A stretch of 64,000 nucleotides of DNA from Eledone cirrhosa (GCA_964016885.1 OZ024741.1:157914001-157978000), one strand, 5' to 3'. Positions 11,601 to 26,600 are shown, counted from the first letter of the stretch. The notes: generated by a model from the sequence alone, not told the origin. A program made the numbers and translations.

Positions 11601-14600
11601 CCTGTATCTTTTCTTGGAATTAACTACTTTTGTTGTCATTACAGGTGTTTCGTAAACCACTGTGTGATAATGGTGTCCTTAATGAAGAGGAAGATAAAAT
11701 ACTGTTTGTCAATTGGTCAGAATTGATTATTTGCAACACCAAACTAATCACGTGAGTGCAATAAAATTGTGGAGAGCTTTTGGTTTTTTTGGGTTTTTTT
11801 TTCTAAACTAGAATTTTTTCCATACGCTGACATGTATGTGTATGTATGTGTGTGTATGTGCATATGCATACATTTATATGTATGAGTATATAAATATAAA
11901 TGTGCAAACACAGACATGCTTACAAAAATATACACTCACATACATTCACACTTTCACCATCCCCTTCCTTCCTTTTACACACACATACATTCACGCAGGC
12001 AGCAGACATAAAAAGAAAGGAGTAGTATGAGGTAGTCAAACTACTCCTCTCTCTTTACATGTTGTGACAGAATTGCAGAAATTTATATATAGATGTTATT
12101 ACTACTTACAGCAGAGTATAAAACATGAACATATTTCAGATGATATTTGAAAATATCCATAATCATGATTTTAGGGGTAATCACTTTCCAAAAGAGGCCA
12201 CCCTGCTGAAGAAATGGTATACTGTCTGCCAGTTATAAGTCCTTTAACTGAGATTACCATCTTACATTATTTCACAAGCCAATGAGCTAGCATCTATGTT
12301 GCTGCTTGATCTGCTAGAAATAACAGCCAAATATTTTGTAAATGACATCTTAACCCTTTTGATACCTGCTGGTTCTATGAAACAAAACAACTTTTTTTAA
12401 AGGGTCCCTATTTGAATTAAAATCTTCTTCTGTCAACCTAATTTCAAAGTTGTTGATCATTTCTTCTTCTCCTCCTCCTCTTCCTCCTCATGCCCATAGT
12501 ATCGGGGCTGTGACCTCTCAATTCAGAGAAGTAACGGTTCTACCTAGAATGACTCTCTGATCTCCAGGCTACGCACTCTATTGAGTAACTTTACTCTAAA
12601 GATCCTTCAAAGGAACCCTATTTCAGCGGCATGTATTTGTGATCGTATTCTTTTGGTCATTACCCAAGATTCATGATCATAGGCATGAATATCAAATTGT
12701 AGATAGCTAGTTTGGCTGTTACACTTACCTCCCTTTTTCTGAGTACCGAATGCTGAAGGTTGCACATTACTGACCCAGCTCCTGCAATTCTTGCACTTAA
12801 TTCAGCCTCCTGCCTTCCATCATTCAGGAGATACTTGCACTGTGCAGGCTACCTTGAGAGGATAAGTGTCTCAATTTTTACAGCACAACATAATTTTGTA
12901 TAAGATCTATATGTATATTAAGTTACTATTTTCGTAATAAAATTATTAACAATTTTAGTTAATCCTACAAAATTCTTCATTAATTAATTGAAATAGAGTG
13001 GTAGGAGGAGGGTATCTTCAAACTGGGGGCCTGGTCTAAATGCTTGCAACAATGAGCTCTGCTAAAGGCACGCAAGTATCAAGGGATTGTGTTGAACCAG
13101 GCAATGGATTAAGTTTGTCACCTAAGTAAGCCACAACAGTATTTGAATTCATGACAGCATAAAAAAACAGATGTAATTTGATGATGGTCATAATAACACT
13201 AACCCAGAGATTGAACTCAGACTAATGCAAAAATATCCCAGGCATGGGCAGTAGAATGAGAACACTCTACTTCTATTGTTTGAATAAAAGTTGCAGTTTT
13301 AAGTTCCAAGGACCTTAACAAATATGATAAACAGCTGAAGATGGCTAGAGGGTTCAACAATTGAAGTATTGTGACTACAGCAATGAAGATGTGGACTCTA
13401 AACTAAATATATCAGTGTATAATAATGATAATAATTATAAATAATTGTTTCTACTTTTGGCACGAGGCCATCAATAACCCAGTACATTACTGGTACTTTA
13501 TTTTATCGACCCCGTAAGGATGACGGGCAAACTTAACCTCGGCGGGATTTGAACTCAGACCGCAAAGGGACGTAACTATGCTGGAAAGCATGGCGTCCGA
13601 CCCTCTACCGATACTGCCAATCCAATTATAAATAATAATTATAAATAACAAGCAAAATGTGATTATAACAACGAAGATGGGGAAACTACTCTGAATATAG
13701 CAATTCATAATATCAGTCCAATCCTTGTTAGCAGGAAATGTGGACATTAAACAATGATGCTGATGATGACAATAATAATTGTTTCTACTTTTGGCACAAG
13801 GCCAGCAAGATACCCCCAGTACATTACTGGTGCTTTATTTTATCAACCCCATAAGGATGAAAGGCAAAGTTAACCTCAACGGGATTTGAACTCAGAACAT
13901 AAAGGGCCATGGCTCTATGCTGCAAAGCATGGTGTCTGATACTCTACCAATACTACCAATCCACCATCCATGATGACAGTAATAATAATAAATCATCTAA
14001 AGAGGGCCAAAGGGTTTGACTGAAATATGATGATGATAACCAAGATGGGGAAACAAGTCTGAAGATATCAGTTTATATTAATAATTCCTCTGAACATGGC
14101 CATAAGGTACAACAACGGAAATGATGTGAGTATAACAACCAAGCTGAAGAGACTAGATCAAGTAAGTCTGATTAAATAATTGTTTCTACTTTTGGCACAA
14201 GGCCAGCAATTACCCAGTACATTACTGGTACTTTATTTTATCGACCCCGTAAGGATGAAAGGCAAAGTTAACCTCGGCGGGATTTGAACTCAGAATGGCA
14301 AGGACCATAACTCTATGCGTCAAAGCATGGCATCCGACCCTCTACCGATACTGCCAATCCACCACCTTATTATATTATAGTAATGATAATTCCTGTGAAG
14401 ATGGCCAGAAGGTACAATGGACAAAATGTTCTAACTATAACAACCAAGATGAGGACAGTAGATCATATAAGTCAGATAATGATAATTCTCTGAAGATGGC
14501 CAGAGGTACAAACGACTGAAATGAAAATTCCTCATCTCAGAAATGCAGACAAAAATTGTTCACATACTTTTTATCCATAGTGGTGGTGCTGTTGGTGGTG

Positions 14601-17600
14601 GTAGTGGTGATGGTGGTAGTGGTTGTGCTGTTGGTGGTGGTAGTGGTGGTGCTGGCAGTGGATACCTGAGTGATGGGTTCCGTCTACCACTCAATGCTTT
14701 TTGTCTTTCTTGTTACTGTTTTTATTTTCTGTATTTATTTATTGAATTATTGAAATGTTTCTAAAGAATTATTTTATTCTTGGTGTCAATCATTGGACTG
14801 AGGCCATGCTGGGGCATGTATTTATTCTTAATGTCAGTTATTGGTCTACAGTCATACTGGAGCATGTATTTATTCTTGGTGTCAGTCATTGAGCCATACT
14901 GGGGCACATATTTATTCTTGGTGTCAGTCACTGGACTGGGGCCATACTGGGGCATGTATTCATTCTTGGTGTCAGTTATTGGACTGGAGCCATACTGGGG
15001 CATGTATTTATTATTGTCAGTTATTGGTCTATGGCCATATTGGGGCATGTATTCATTCTTGGTGTCAGTCATTGGACTGGGGCCATACTGGGGCATGTAT
15101 TCATTCTTGGTGTCAGTTATTTGTCTACGGCCATATTGGGGCATGTATTCATTCTTGGTGTCAGTCATTGGACTGGGGCCATACTGGGGCATGTATTTAT
15201 TATTGGTGTCAGTTATTGGTCTACGGCCATATTGGGGCATGTATTCATTCTTGGTGTCAGTCATTGGACTGGGGCCATACTGGGGCATGTATTTATTATT
15301 GGTGTCAGTTATTGGTCTACGGCCATATTGGGGCATGTATTCATTCTTGGTGTCAGTTATTGGTCTACGGCCATATTGGGGCATGTATTCATTCTTGGTG
15401 TCAGTCATTGGACTGGGGCCATACTGGGGCATGTATTTATTATTGGTGTCAGTTATTGGTCTACGGCCATATTGGGGCATGTATTCATTCTTGGTGTCAG
15501 TCATTGGACTGGGGCCATACTGGGGCATGTATTCATTCTTGGTGTCAGTTATTGGTTTACAGCCATATTGGGGCATGTATTCATTCTTGGTGTCAGTCAT
15601 TGGACTGGGGCCATACTGGGGCATGTATTCATTCTTGGTGTCAGTTATTGGTCTACGGCCATACTGGGGCATGTATTTATTATTGGTGTCAGTTATTGGT
15701 CTACGGCCATATTGGGGCATGTATTCATTCTTGGTGTCAGTCATTGGACTGGGGCCATACTGGGGCATGTATTTATTATTGGTGTCAGTTATTGGTCTAC
15801 AGCCATATTGGGGCATGTATTCATTCTTGGTGTCAGTCATTGGACTGGGGCCATACTGGGGCATGTACATATTATTGGTGCCAGTTATTGGTCTACGGCC
15901 ATATTGGGGCATGTATTCATTCTTGGTGTCAGTCATTCGACTGGGGCCATACTAGGGCATGTATTTATTATTGGTGTCAGTTATTGGTCTACAGCCATAT
16001 TGGGGCATGTATTCATTCTTGGTGTCAGTCATTGGACTGGTGTCATACTGGGGCATGTATTTATTCTTGGTTTTATTTTATCTTTTGAAAAAGTAGTCTT
16101 GTTTGTTATTATTGTTGTTGCTGCTATATCTGCTATTACTGTTGTTGTTGTTACTATTACTATTGTTATTGCTTCTAATACTATTACTGTTGTTGCTGTT
16201 GCTCCTACTACTATTGCTACTGATGTTGTTACTGTTGCTGCTGCTATTGCTAATGCTAATGCTGCTACACCTGTTGTTGCTGTTGTCGTTGTTGTTGTGT
16301 AAAAGACACCATGTCTCTTTCTTTCTTCCTTTCCAGTTCAATGAGAGTGAGAAAAACCTGTGGCAAGAGTAAAACCATTCAAACAATAGGAGACATCCTA
16401 TGTGAAAATGTTAGTATCAATTGATTATTGATTGTTGATCTGATTGTCTTCATCATTAGCATCCTTATTGCCACCATCATTAACATCACAAGACCGGTTA
16501 TCATCATCATCACCATTGCTGTCAGAATCATCACCTTTGTCATCATCATCATCAACATCCTGTGACCAGATATCATCATCATCATTGCCATTGTCATAAG
16601 CTTCATCGTCACTGTTGTCATCATCATCATTATACTATGAGAAAGCTTTTCAAACCTCAATAACTGCATAGTCCCATTTGGTATTTCTGTCTAGTAATTC
16701 TTCACCCAAGTACCATATTAACATGAACAAGCTTTTCAAACCTCAATAACTGTTTAGTCCCAAATGGGATTAAGTCAGAAACATCATTTCTTTTTTGTGT
16801 GTTAATTCATGATCACCCTTATAGTTGGGTATATTGGTATTTTGTTTGTTATATATACACAATGTACACCATTCTTTCCTTTTTGGGATTTCTCCTCTAA
16901 CATTCCTCCTTTGGGAGCCATGTGCCTCCTGTTTGAAAATCACTGTACAGTGTCACAGCAAGTAGCTTGGAACCCTTTGGAATAAGTTATAAAAAGAAAC
17001 AAAACACTTGTATAAACATAAGCATTTGAGAAAAAGAAAACCCTTTTGTTACCATATTTCTAATGAAAGATACTGTTTATGATTTTCTGATAATTTTGAA
17101 AATAATCAAGAATTTGAGGTATTTAATATTTCTCATATTAAGCTGATGTTTAAAACATGACTTACAAAAGATGCTTTCATATAATTATGGTGAAAGGTTT
17201 TTGAATAAATATAAACACTTCAAAACATACAGTTTTGTATGGTAGAACCAGGGTCAGTTTTAAGTGGGTTGCTATCAAAAGTGTTAAAACTGTGCCCACC
17301 AACTATACTATAAGCATATTTTCTTTACAGTTGCCTCATTTAAGTCCTTATATAAGGTTCTGTAGTTGCCAGTTAAATGCAGGGGCCCTTCTACAACGGA
17401 AGACAGAGGATGTTCCAGAATTTGTCGAGATTCATAAAGTAAGTACCAGTATTTTTTATATTGATTTTTATATGGGGTTCTCTGTATTCTGAGTTCAAAT
17501 ATCATCACTGTTAATTTGTACTACCCATGTAAAGTCAAACATTTTAGACTATTTTTTTAGGCTAAATTGATGGGATCATAATGAACTCTAGATGAATAAA

Positions 17601-20600
17601 AGTAATAACAATATTTCTAAACATCAAAACATGCTTTGTATTACCAAACCACATAAATAAGGCTTCATAGCTCATAAATATTTTCACTTGCATACACTTG
17701 TAGTAAGATGAATTTCTTCATCATAATATTGATTCACAAATGTTGATCTGTTGCCCATAACGAACTAAGGTCAACTTTGGGAGCAAAAATGGGATTGACT
17801 TTTACTCAGGTATATATGGTATTTATTCCAGCTCTTTGCATTATGAATGCAACTCCTGCTGTGTTTTGTTTGGATGGCAAACCTAAAAGATCATCTGGTT
17901 TAATACTACCACTTACCAGATTTCACTCAGATGCATGCATAATAATAATAATAACGGTTTGTAATTTAGGCACAAGACAAACAATTTGGAGTTGGAGAAA
18001 GTTGATTAAGTCAACCCAGTACTTGGCTGATATATTATTTTATGACCTTAGAAGGATGAAAGATAAAGTTGACCGTCAGAATGGGAAAGACTTTGAATAA
18101 TACAATGAAGCATTTCCTTTAATACTCTAACAATTCTGCCAATCCAATATATACTATATGGTGGATTCCCTCCATCAGTTCTGACAATGAATGCTCCAGT
18201 TGATTCACTCAAAAGAACTGCTTGCTTATGAAATTAACATGTAAGTGGGTGAGCTATCTACTAAAGAGTCATTAGAACTACTGAGGCTATGGGTATTCTA
18301 CCATAAAAAATACCTGATTCAGATAAATTGTAATCATTTCTCTTCAAACCATACTGTCAGGTACAATTGCCTTGAGAAAAACAGGTATGACATAAATCAG
18401 ATACCTTTGCCCTGCAGGAAGAAAAGAACCTCTCTAATGGTGGTGTTATGATAAAATGCACCCAGTACAATTCGTAAAGTTGTAGGCATTCAAATGGAGA
18501 CAATATCTTTAGTGCTGGTGTCATGATGAAATGTACCCAATACACTCTGTAAGATGATTGGTGATTAAAATTCCACAACGTTGGTTGCTGGTGCCATAAT
18601 GAAATGCTCCCAGTACACTCTGTTAGGGAAACAGACTTAAAATGATGATGAAGATGAAACATTTGCAGCATTCTGAACCTTGATTCTCATCTCTTTACTA
18701 TTCTGTATATTAACAGCAATGTGTTACAGACCCTCGATGTCAAGGAATGCCTCTTAGCAGTTTTCTACTGAAACCAATGCAGCGAATAACTCGTTACCCA
18801 CTTCTCATTAAAAAGGTAAGTCCACATTTTACTGAATACTGAGAAGCCTCCATACTGCTCAGGTAGAAATCATTTTTATTGTGTGTTTTCTAGTGCTGGT
18901 GCCATGATAAAAGGTAGTACTGCTGCCATGATAAAACACAGTGCTGGTACCATAAGATGAATCCAATACACTCTGTAAAGTGGTAATGCTGGTACAATGA
19001 TAAAATGCATCCAGTACATTCTGTAAAGTGGTTAGCATTAAGAAGGGTATCCTTCTGTAGAACCCATGCCAAAATATTGAACATATGACAACCTGTTCAA
19101 GCTATGCCCGCATGAAAAGCAGACATATGACAATGATGATGATGATATCCCTGTGTTAAAAACCAGTATAATATGCTTTGTAATATATCTAATATCCTTA
19201 TTTTTATTTTTAGATTTTGAAACACACACCAGAGACTCACCCTGACCATTTACATCTTGTCGATGCATTAGCCAAAGCTGAAGAATTATGTAGCCAAGTG
19301 AATGAAGGTGTGCGAGAGAAAGAAAACTCCAACGATCTGGAATGGATCCAACAGCACGTCCTTTGTGAGGGATTGGATGAAGTAGGAACTTTTGTTTCAT
19401 TATGGTTTTCTTATTTTATAATTGTTAACCCTATTGTGATCACATCTCTAATGAAATACATTCTATTGCAAATAATTATTTGATCTGCTTCAGTTTAATC
19501 CGATCCAATTTTATCTGATCTGGTCCAGTTTGGACTGATCAGTCTGATCTGGTCCAATTTAATCTGACCTGGTCTGGTTTAATCTGATCCTTTGTGATCC
19601 AATTTGGTTTGATCAGATCTGGTTTGATCCAAATCGATTTGATCCAATCCAGTATGATTTGGTTTGGCTTGATCGGGTGTGATCAAAATTGGACTAGATC
19701 AGGCCATTATATATAATGGAAGAGTCTTCAAACACTCCTCTCAGAAGGTCCTGTCAGAAGCAACCATCTTCAACTGATCTACCTGGATCCCCAAGCGAGA
19801 CCAACTGAGCTCATGGATGTTATCCAACAATCTTGCTCAGGGTTTGCTGTTACAATAACACCAAATTGGCAGGTTATTCCTGAATCAAACCTGTCTTCTA
19901 TTCTCTATTCTCTGTTCACTGTAATCTTATTACCTTATATAACTAATTCTGCAATCAACATCTGATGTGTGTGTATATATATTAAATGATATATGTAATG
20001 AAATAAATAATAATTTTAATAACTTCATCAAAATTATTATTTATTTCATTACATATATCATTTAATATATATACACACACATCAGATGTTGATTGCAGAA
20101 TTAGTTATATAAGGTAATAAGATTACAGTGAACAGAAACAGAGAATAGAGAATAGAAGACAGGTTTGATTCAGGAATAACCTGCCAATTTGGTGTTATTG
20201 TAACAGCAAACCCTGAGCAAGATTGTTGGATAACATCCATGAGCTCAGTTGGTCTCGCTTGGGGATCCAGGTAGATCAGTTGAAGATGGTTGCTTCTGAC
20301 AGGACCTTCTGAGAGGAGTGTTTGAAGACTCTTCCATTATATATAATGGCCTGATCTAGTCCAATTCTGATCACACCCGATCAAGCCAACCCAAATCATA
20401 CTGGATTGGATCAAATCGATTTGGATCAGACCAGATCTGATCAAACCAAATCGGATCACAAAGGATCAGATTAAATTGGACCAGATCAGACTGATCAGTC
20501 CAAACTGGACCAGATCAAACTGGATCGGATTAAACTGAACCGGATAAGATCTGACTGGATTGGATCAGACCAGATTGGATCAGACCAGATTGTATCAAAC

Positions 20601-23600
20601 TGATTGGACCTGAGCGGATTAGACCTAGGTGAGGCTGGATCAAATTGCTGTGGACCAGATTGGGCTGGATCAGACTTGATTGCTTCAGACCAAATTGGGC
20701 CATTTCAGATCAGCTTGGACCAGAACAAAATGATCTGGATTGGATCACAATGGGTCGGGTCAGATAAAACCGTATTGGGCTGGGTCAGATTGGACTGGAT
20801 TGGATATATTACTATCTGTCCAATCTGATACAATCCAGTCTGATCTGGCCCAATCTGATAGATGAAGAGATAAAGAGAAAGTGTGGGTGAGAGAGAATGA
20901 AATTAACAGTTAAAAATGTGTTTCCTTTCTATGATGTGGTAGATTTCATTTGTGCCTCTTTATAAAAATTAAAGTATTTCTCCATATATATATATGGAGA
21001 AATTATAAATCTTTAACTTTTTATAAAACTACTAAGCAAATTAACAAACACAAAAATATACTATGCCATTCTCTTTGAAATTATATTTTCTATCGTTGGA
21101 TTTTTTCCTCTTGATTTGATGTTAAGCACAGTAACATTTCTACAGATTAGAAATAGTTGATAAGGATAAATACTCTCTTAATAGTGTGTGTGCGCAACTG
21201 ACTGGCTTGACACTTTCAGGTTAGTAAGTCCACCCATTTCTTCTTGTTTTTTGCATGTCTAGCCCCTCACCGCCAAGAGTGTAATAAGTAAAATGCACAA
21301 CATTTAGCAGGACTAAAGCAGCCATTTGATCTAAGGTAACCTCGTAACCCCCTGCCATATCACTGACCACTCCCGGAGAAAAACAAAAACAAAAAGCTTT
21401 TACGTTTTTTGCTTTAACTGTCTGCCCATATATGGACTGTACCTCGTGATAAGTTCAGCTAGATTCCCACCGTTCAAATACTGACGCTTTAGTTCGGATC
21501 TAGCTGTCAAAACTGTCTCTCCTCATAGCAATGTCATACAGTACTGGGTTCCAAAACTATGGTTCCACTGTGAGATGGTGCCATCCTGTTCCAGGCTCCC
21601 AGACTGTGGTTACGCTGTGAGAGGAGTTTGACATGGCTAATTGGCCTGTTCCTCCTCGTAACGAGCCACAGTGCTGGGCTCCAAAACTATGGTTCTGTTG
21701 CGAGATGGGTTCATCACAGCCAACTGGTGAATCCTCCTCCTATCCCTCCTTATAACGATACCATCCAGTTCCACACTGTAAATGTGGTTGAATTTAGAAA
21801 GGGCATCCTGCTGTAAAATCCCTGGCCAAATTTGCAGTCCCATCGGAGCAAGGTACAGCATGACCAGTACTGGCCAGACTTGTTTCCTGACATGGACAAT
21901 CCGTCTAACCCATGCAAGCATGGAAAAATGGGCGCTAAATGGTGGTGATGATAGATGTATGTATATATTGCAGGAAAATATATATATTTGTTAGTGTATT
22001 CGATGTTATAATTCTCAGGCCAACTTCTACATATTGTCTATGCTCTCTGTCTAAAGTCCTTTCAAAATATAATTATTAGTTGCCACTCTAATATATGTAT
22101 ATAATTACAACACCAAAGTGAACTATCATATCTTCTGTTTAACACAATGTTTTAATACTTAAACTATTTCTTTTCCTCTTTTACAGAAATTAACTTTTAA
22201 TTCCGCCACCAATTGTCTGGGACCCAGAAAGTTCCTACACTCTGGTAATTTATACAAGGTATGTATTCCATCCAATGGGGTGTATTTTATCACCCAATGT
22301 CAACTATATCACTTTTACTATATAACTTGGTCTTTCTCTGTGCCACTATTTATATGTGCCTGTTTGTGTGTGCATGTGAGTGTCAGATTTGATTCTGATC
22401 TAATTCTGATTGTAAAAATGATGATCATGAGAAGGAAGGTGACCTCAAATCGCTGAGACTCACAGAGGAAATGATGAAGAAACGCAGCAAGTCGAGAGAT
22501 GCTGTGTTAAAAAGAATCCATCCAACCCATGCAAGCATGAAAAAACAGACATAAAAACGATGATGATATATATATATATTTATATATAAAGAGAGAGAGA
22601 GGGATAATATATAAACACATAAAGAAAATAAAGAGATAGGGGGAATGGAGGGAAGCATATATATGTGCACATGTTCATCCTTTAATACATGAACTCTTCA
22701 CATACCATTAACATTTTGTCAATGTGGCTATTTCAGGCTAAGAGCAACAAGGAATTGGTTGGTTTTCTCTTTAATGATTTCTTGCTGCTTGCACAACCAC
22801 AAGGATCCAGTCGCAATAGCTTCACCTTCAATATAAAATCTAAAGCACAATTTCGTATGTACAAAATGGTAAGGAAAACTACTTTCTTATTCATTCATTC
22901 ATTTTTTTTTTTTTTGCTTCACTATTTTCCATTAAGAATTTTTTTTTCTACTCATATTTTTAAGCCTTTCATTACCATATTTCTAATCAGTGTATCTAAG
23001 GTGTTGACTTGGCAGAATCATTTGGGCATCAGATTGAATGCCTTGATATTTGTTCTAGTTAACTGTGCTCTAATTTCAAATGTTGCTGAGGTCAACTTCA
23101 TTTTTCATTGTTTTCAGTGTCAATAAATAAAATATCAGTCTAAGAGTGGTGGATTAACAGAATTATTAAAGAATCAGTCAAGAATCTTTACAGTATCTGA
23201 TCAGATTCTGTACATTCTGAGTTCAAATCCTTTTGCCTTCTGTCAAAAGTTGTAACCAGCAGATAGTATCAGCTTACAGTAGAAGTGGTGACTCATTGCA
23301 GTAAAGCAGTCATTAGAAAAAGTTGTGAAGTCTTGGCTAAGAGCAACAAGGAATTAGAGGAAATATTATAACACTATTTCAATTAATTAATTATTTCTAC
23401 TTTTGGCACAAGGCCAGCATTACCCAGTGCATTACTGGTACTTTATTTTATCGGCCCCGTAAGGATGAAAGGCAAAGTTAATCTCGGCCGGATTTGAACT
23501 CAGAATGGCAAGTAATTAATGAAGAATTTGGCGAGATTGACTAAAATTATTAATTATTTCATTTTTAAGATGCTATTTGTAACACAACTTAACAAAAGTT

Positions 23601-26600
23601 TCTTATATAAGATTTTATGTTGGAAGGTTTTAATTTAAACAGAAACCCTTTAAAATGGGTTGTTTTGTCTCTTAGAGCCAGAGGTAGTTTTGATTGGGTT
23701 GATATCAAAAGGATTAAATATTTCACTTAGAAAGTAAATTGATGACATGCACATAATACTTCAGAATATTCATGGTGCTGGATCCTCTATTAGTTTCAAT
23801 GGTCTTCCTGACAGAAACCCTTTTAGTTACCTCTTATCACTTGCAAGGGTTATGTGGCCTTCATATATCTCATAAGATCATGGATCTGCATCTAGAAAGG
23901 GGCAAGGTCTTTTTGTTGAAGACCAGCAATTGCACATGTGTGTGAATATCTCTTCTCTGTATCAGTGATAATGTCAAAAGGAAAGGATAGATACAGCTTG
24001 GCACTGGTAACATCTCAGGTGAAGGATATGGAAGAGATACAGCAAGTCATCACATTCAATGCTCTAACAATTTTACCAATCCATACCCACTGGATTGGTA
24101 ATCTATTTTAATGACCACGAAATGATAAAAGACAAAGTGGACTTTAGTAAGATTTCAACCTGAAGCACTGATATTCAGAACTAATAATACCATAAGGTAT
24201 TTGATATAGCACCCAAACAATCCTGCCAATTCACTGCCTTTAAGGAGAGGTTTTGTGTACTTATTCTAAAAACACATCTAAAAACATCCAATATTTATAA
24301 TAACATCCCAGCTTCTCATTTGTTTCCTGATGCTCAGCATTCAGTGCTTAGTACTCATTACCTGGTACACACTACTTAGTATTCAGTGCTCAGTAATTAG
24401 TACTCAGTAATTAGTACTCAGAACTTCATCCTTGGTACATATTACTCAGAACTTGGTACTCAGAACTATGATAGTGCAGCCTCAGCAATATTCAGTTATT
24501 TCATTCATCTTATTTTGCAGCCCATCTTTCTGAATGAGGTGATGGTGAAGATAGCCACTGATGGAGAATATGATTCCCCATGCCAGTTCCAGTTGTGCCA
24601 TATTAACCAAACATACAATCTGAAAGCAGCAAGTGCCAACGACAGGTAACTACAGACTTTTAACTTTACAACAGCAGATAAATATAGACCATCTTCTTCT
24701 AAAAATATTAACAGAGATTTATGGCCAACCTATCTAAGCATTTTATAATTAAATATATGTGTTAGGGAAAAGCGGACGTAAAATGATGATGATGATAGTG
24801 TGTCCTCTACATACATGTTTATTTCAATTCATTTTGTGCATATGTGAAGGCAGGTCTTCTACAATACAGCATGATACCAGAGATCTCGATACTGTGTCAT
24901 CTCCTTTGTCAGGTTTAATTGACCAAGGTCAGCTTATATCACTTCATCCCAAATATATATATATATATATATACTTAAGAAAATTAACAAAGAAAGGACA
25001 AGACAACAAACAGAAACAAAACAAAATGAAAAACAATTTTTTAAGGGTAAAGCTTAAAAGTTTATTTTAAAAAATAGATATACCAATGAAGGACACAAAA
25101 CTCAATGGTTGTCAGCCGTTGAGGTGAACTTGGGCAGTTTCAGTGCCTACAAATGATACTGCTGGTCCATCCGGGGTCACAGCATCTGACATAAGCCAAA
25201 CATTGTCCAAAGGAGTGAGATACGAAAGACAAAACAGTAATTTATAACTGTTAAGCTATATATATATATATATTTATTAAAATAACAGATTAAAGTTTAA
25301 GCAAAGAATCGCTGCTTTCACCCTTAACGGGATCTTCTGAAACTAACAAAGTCAATCTGTGAACACAGAAGTGAATATTTCAAAAAACGTTGCAACCGGA
25401 GGAAGACAGGAAGACGATACTTTGGTTCGTGGAAATGTTCCCTGGCAAAGAACAGGAAAAAACGAATATAATACGTCATTATTTGGAGCAGTAAAAAACA
25501 ATTACACGCAAAGACAAAACCACGTTTATGGTATAAAAGAAGTCGTAGACTAAAATTCTAACTAGGAAACTGAATGATTCTCGGCTTCAGAGTTAAGAAT
25601 AAAGTAAATAAAATACAGAGGTAATTGAAATTAATTAAATACATACACGCATCCATATACGTACATACACAAGCATATGCGAAAACACTCGCCATAGGTA
25701 TACAAATACACGCACGTACAAATAAAAAAAAAAACCCGCACGCACATAGTGAACCCACGCAACGCCTGTACCCGCACGCATACGAATGTATACACCAATT
25801 ACACATAAAAATATATATAAAAAAAAAAAAAATATATATATATATATATACGTGTGTGTGTGTGTGCGTGTACACATATAATTAAATAAACGTATATAAA
25901 TAGATAAATACATATATAACAAGCGCACATACATACCTACATGTAAATACACATATGTTCAGAGACGAACATCAACCAAAACACAAACTACACATATACA
26001 CACACCCTACATACGTACGACCCCCATATTCACACAGATGCAAAACTCACGTATACACATAACCAAAAGCATATGTACCAGAATATATAATATATACGCC
26101 ATAACATATACAATCAAGTATACGTACCTTCACGAAACATACAGGTAATATATACTTACCTACACAAATAAGTAATGGTATAAACATAACATATACTTAG
26201 CTACCACATCAAGACGTAAAATATTCGCGTATAGTTCATACTATTTGTGCAATTTATGTTTACAAGCCGAAATTGCCTCAGATTTTTTGTTTAAGATGTG
26301 GTCTTTGGCGTAGAGTATTTCCAGGGCCTCAGCGGTGCAGAGGTCACATGGTCTTTTATTTCTGTTATACGATCTAGCCCAAGCTAGGATCTCCCAGTGT
26401 AACTTATATTGGGTGTGGTTGTCTTTTAAACTCCAGATATAAGCTGAAAGTGACGTCATATTCCTTCTTAGAGGGTAACGAAAAGAATGGGTATGCATGT
26501 AAAGACGCTGCTTGAATCTATTGGTGGTTAAACCTATGTAGGCCCTACGGGACATGGGTGTTTCAAACTTACATTTGTAGACAATGTTACTAGAGAGGCA

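Larger units (their letters stand above)
13330..14560 (+). repeat. Decayed tandem array of about 100-bp units with hammerhead-like cores, interrupted by SINEs
   Basis: Units with ctgaagatggcc...gaaa..tgtgagtataacaaccaagatgaggac; cores at 13335, 13997, 14090, 14395, 14490. Confidence 0.65.

Noticed and set aside
14773-16070. CRISPR-like regular array
   Set aside because: No unique spacers, eukaryotic context, no cas genes.
14761-16302. Four overlapping ORFs of about 400 aa
   Set aside because: Products of a stop-free 48-bp tandem repeat inside an intron; no domain or expression evidence.
16430-16632. YCAY cluster as Nova/Pasilla site downstream of exon 16337
   Set aside because: Degenerate (CAT)n microsatellite, common throughout the window, next to an exon required for frame.
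25095-25250. Possible second hammerhead on the minus strand beside the Penelope end (gaaactgcccaagtt)
   Set aside because: No acceptable CUGANGA box or consistent stems I/II.
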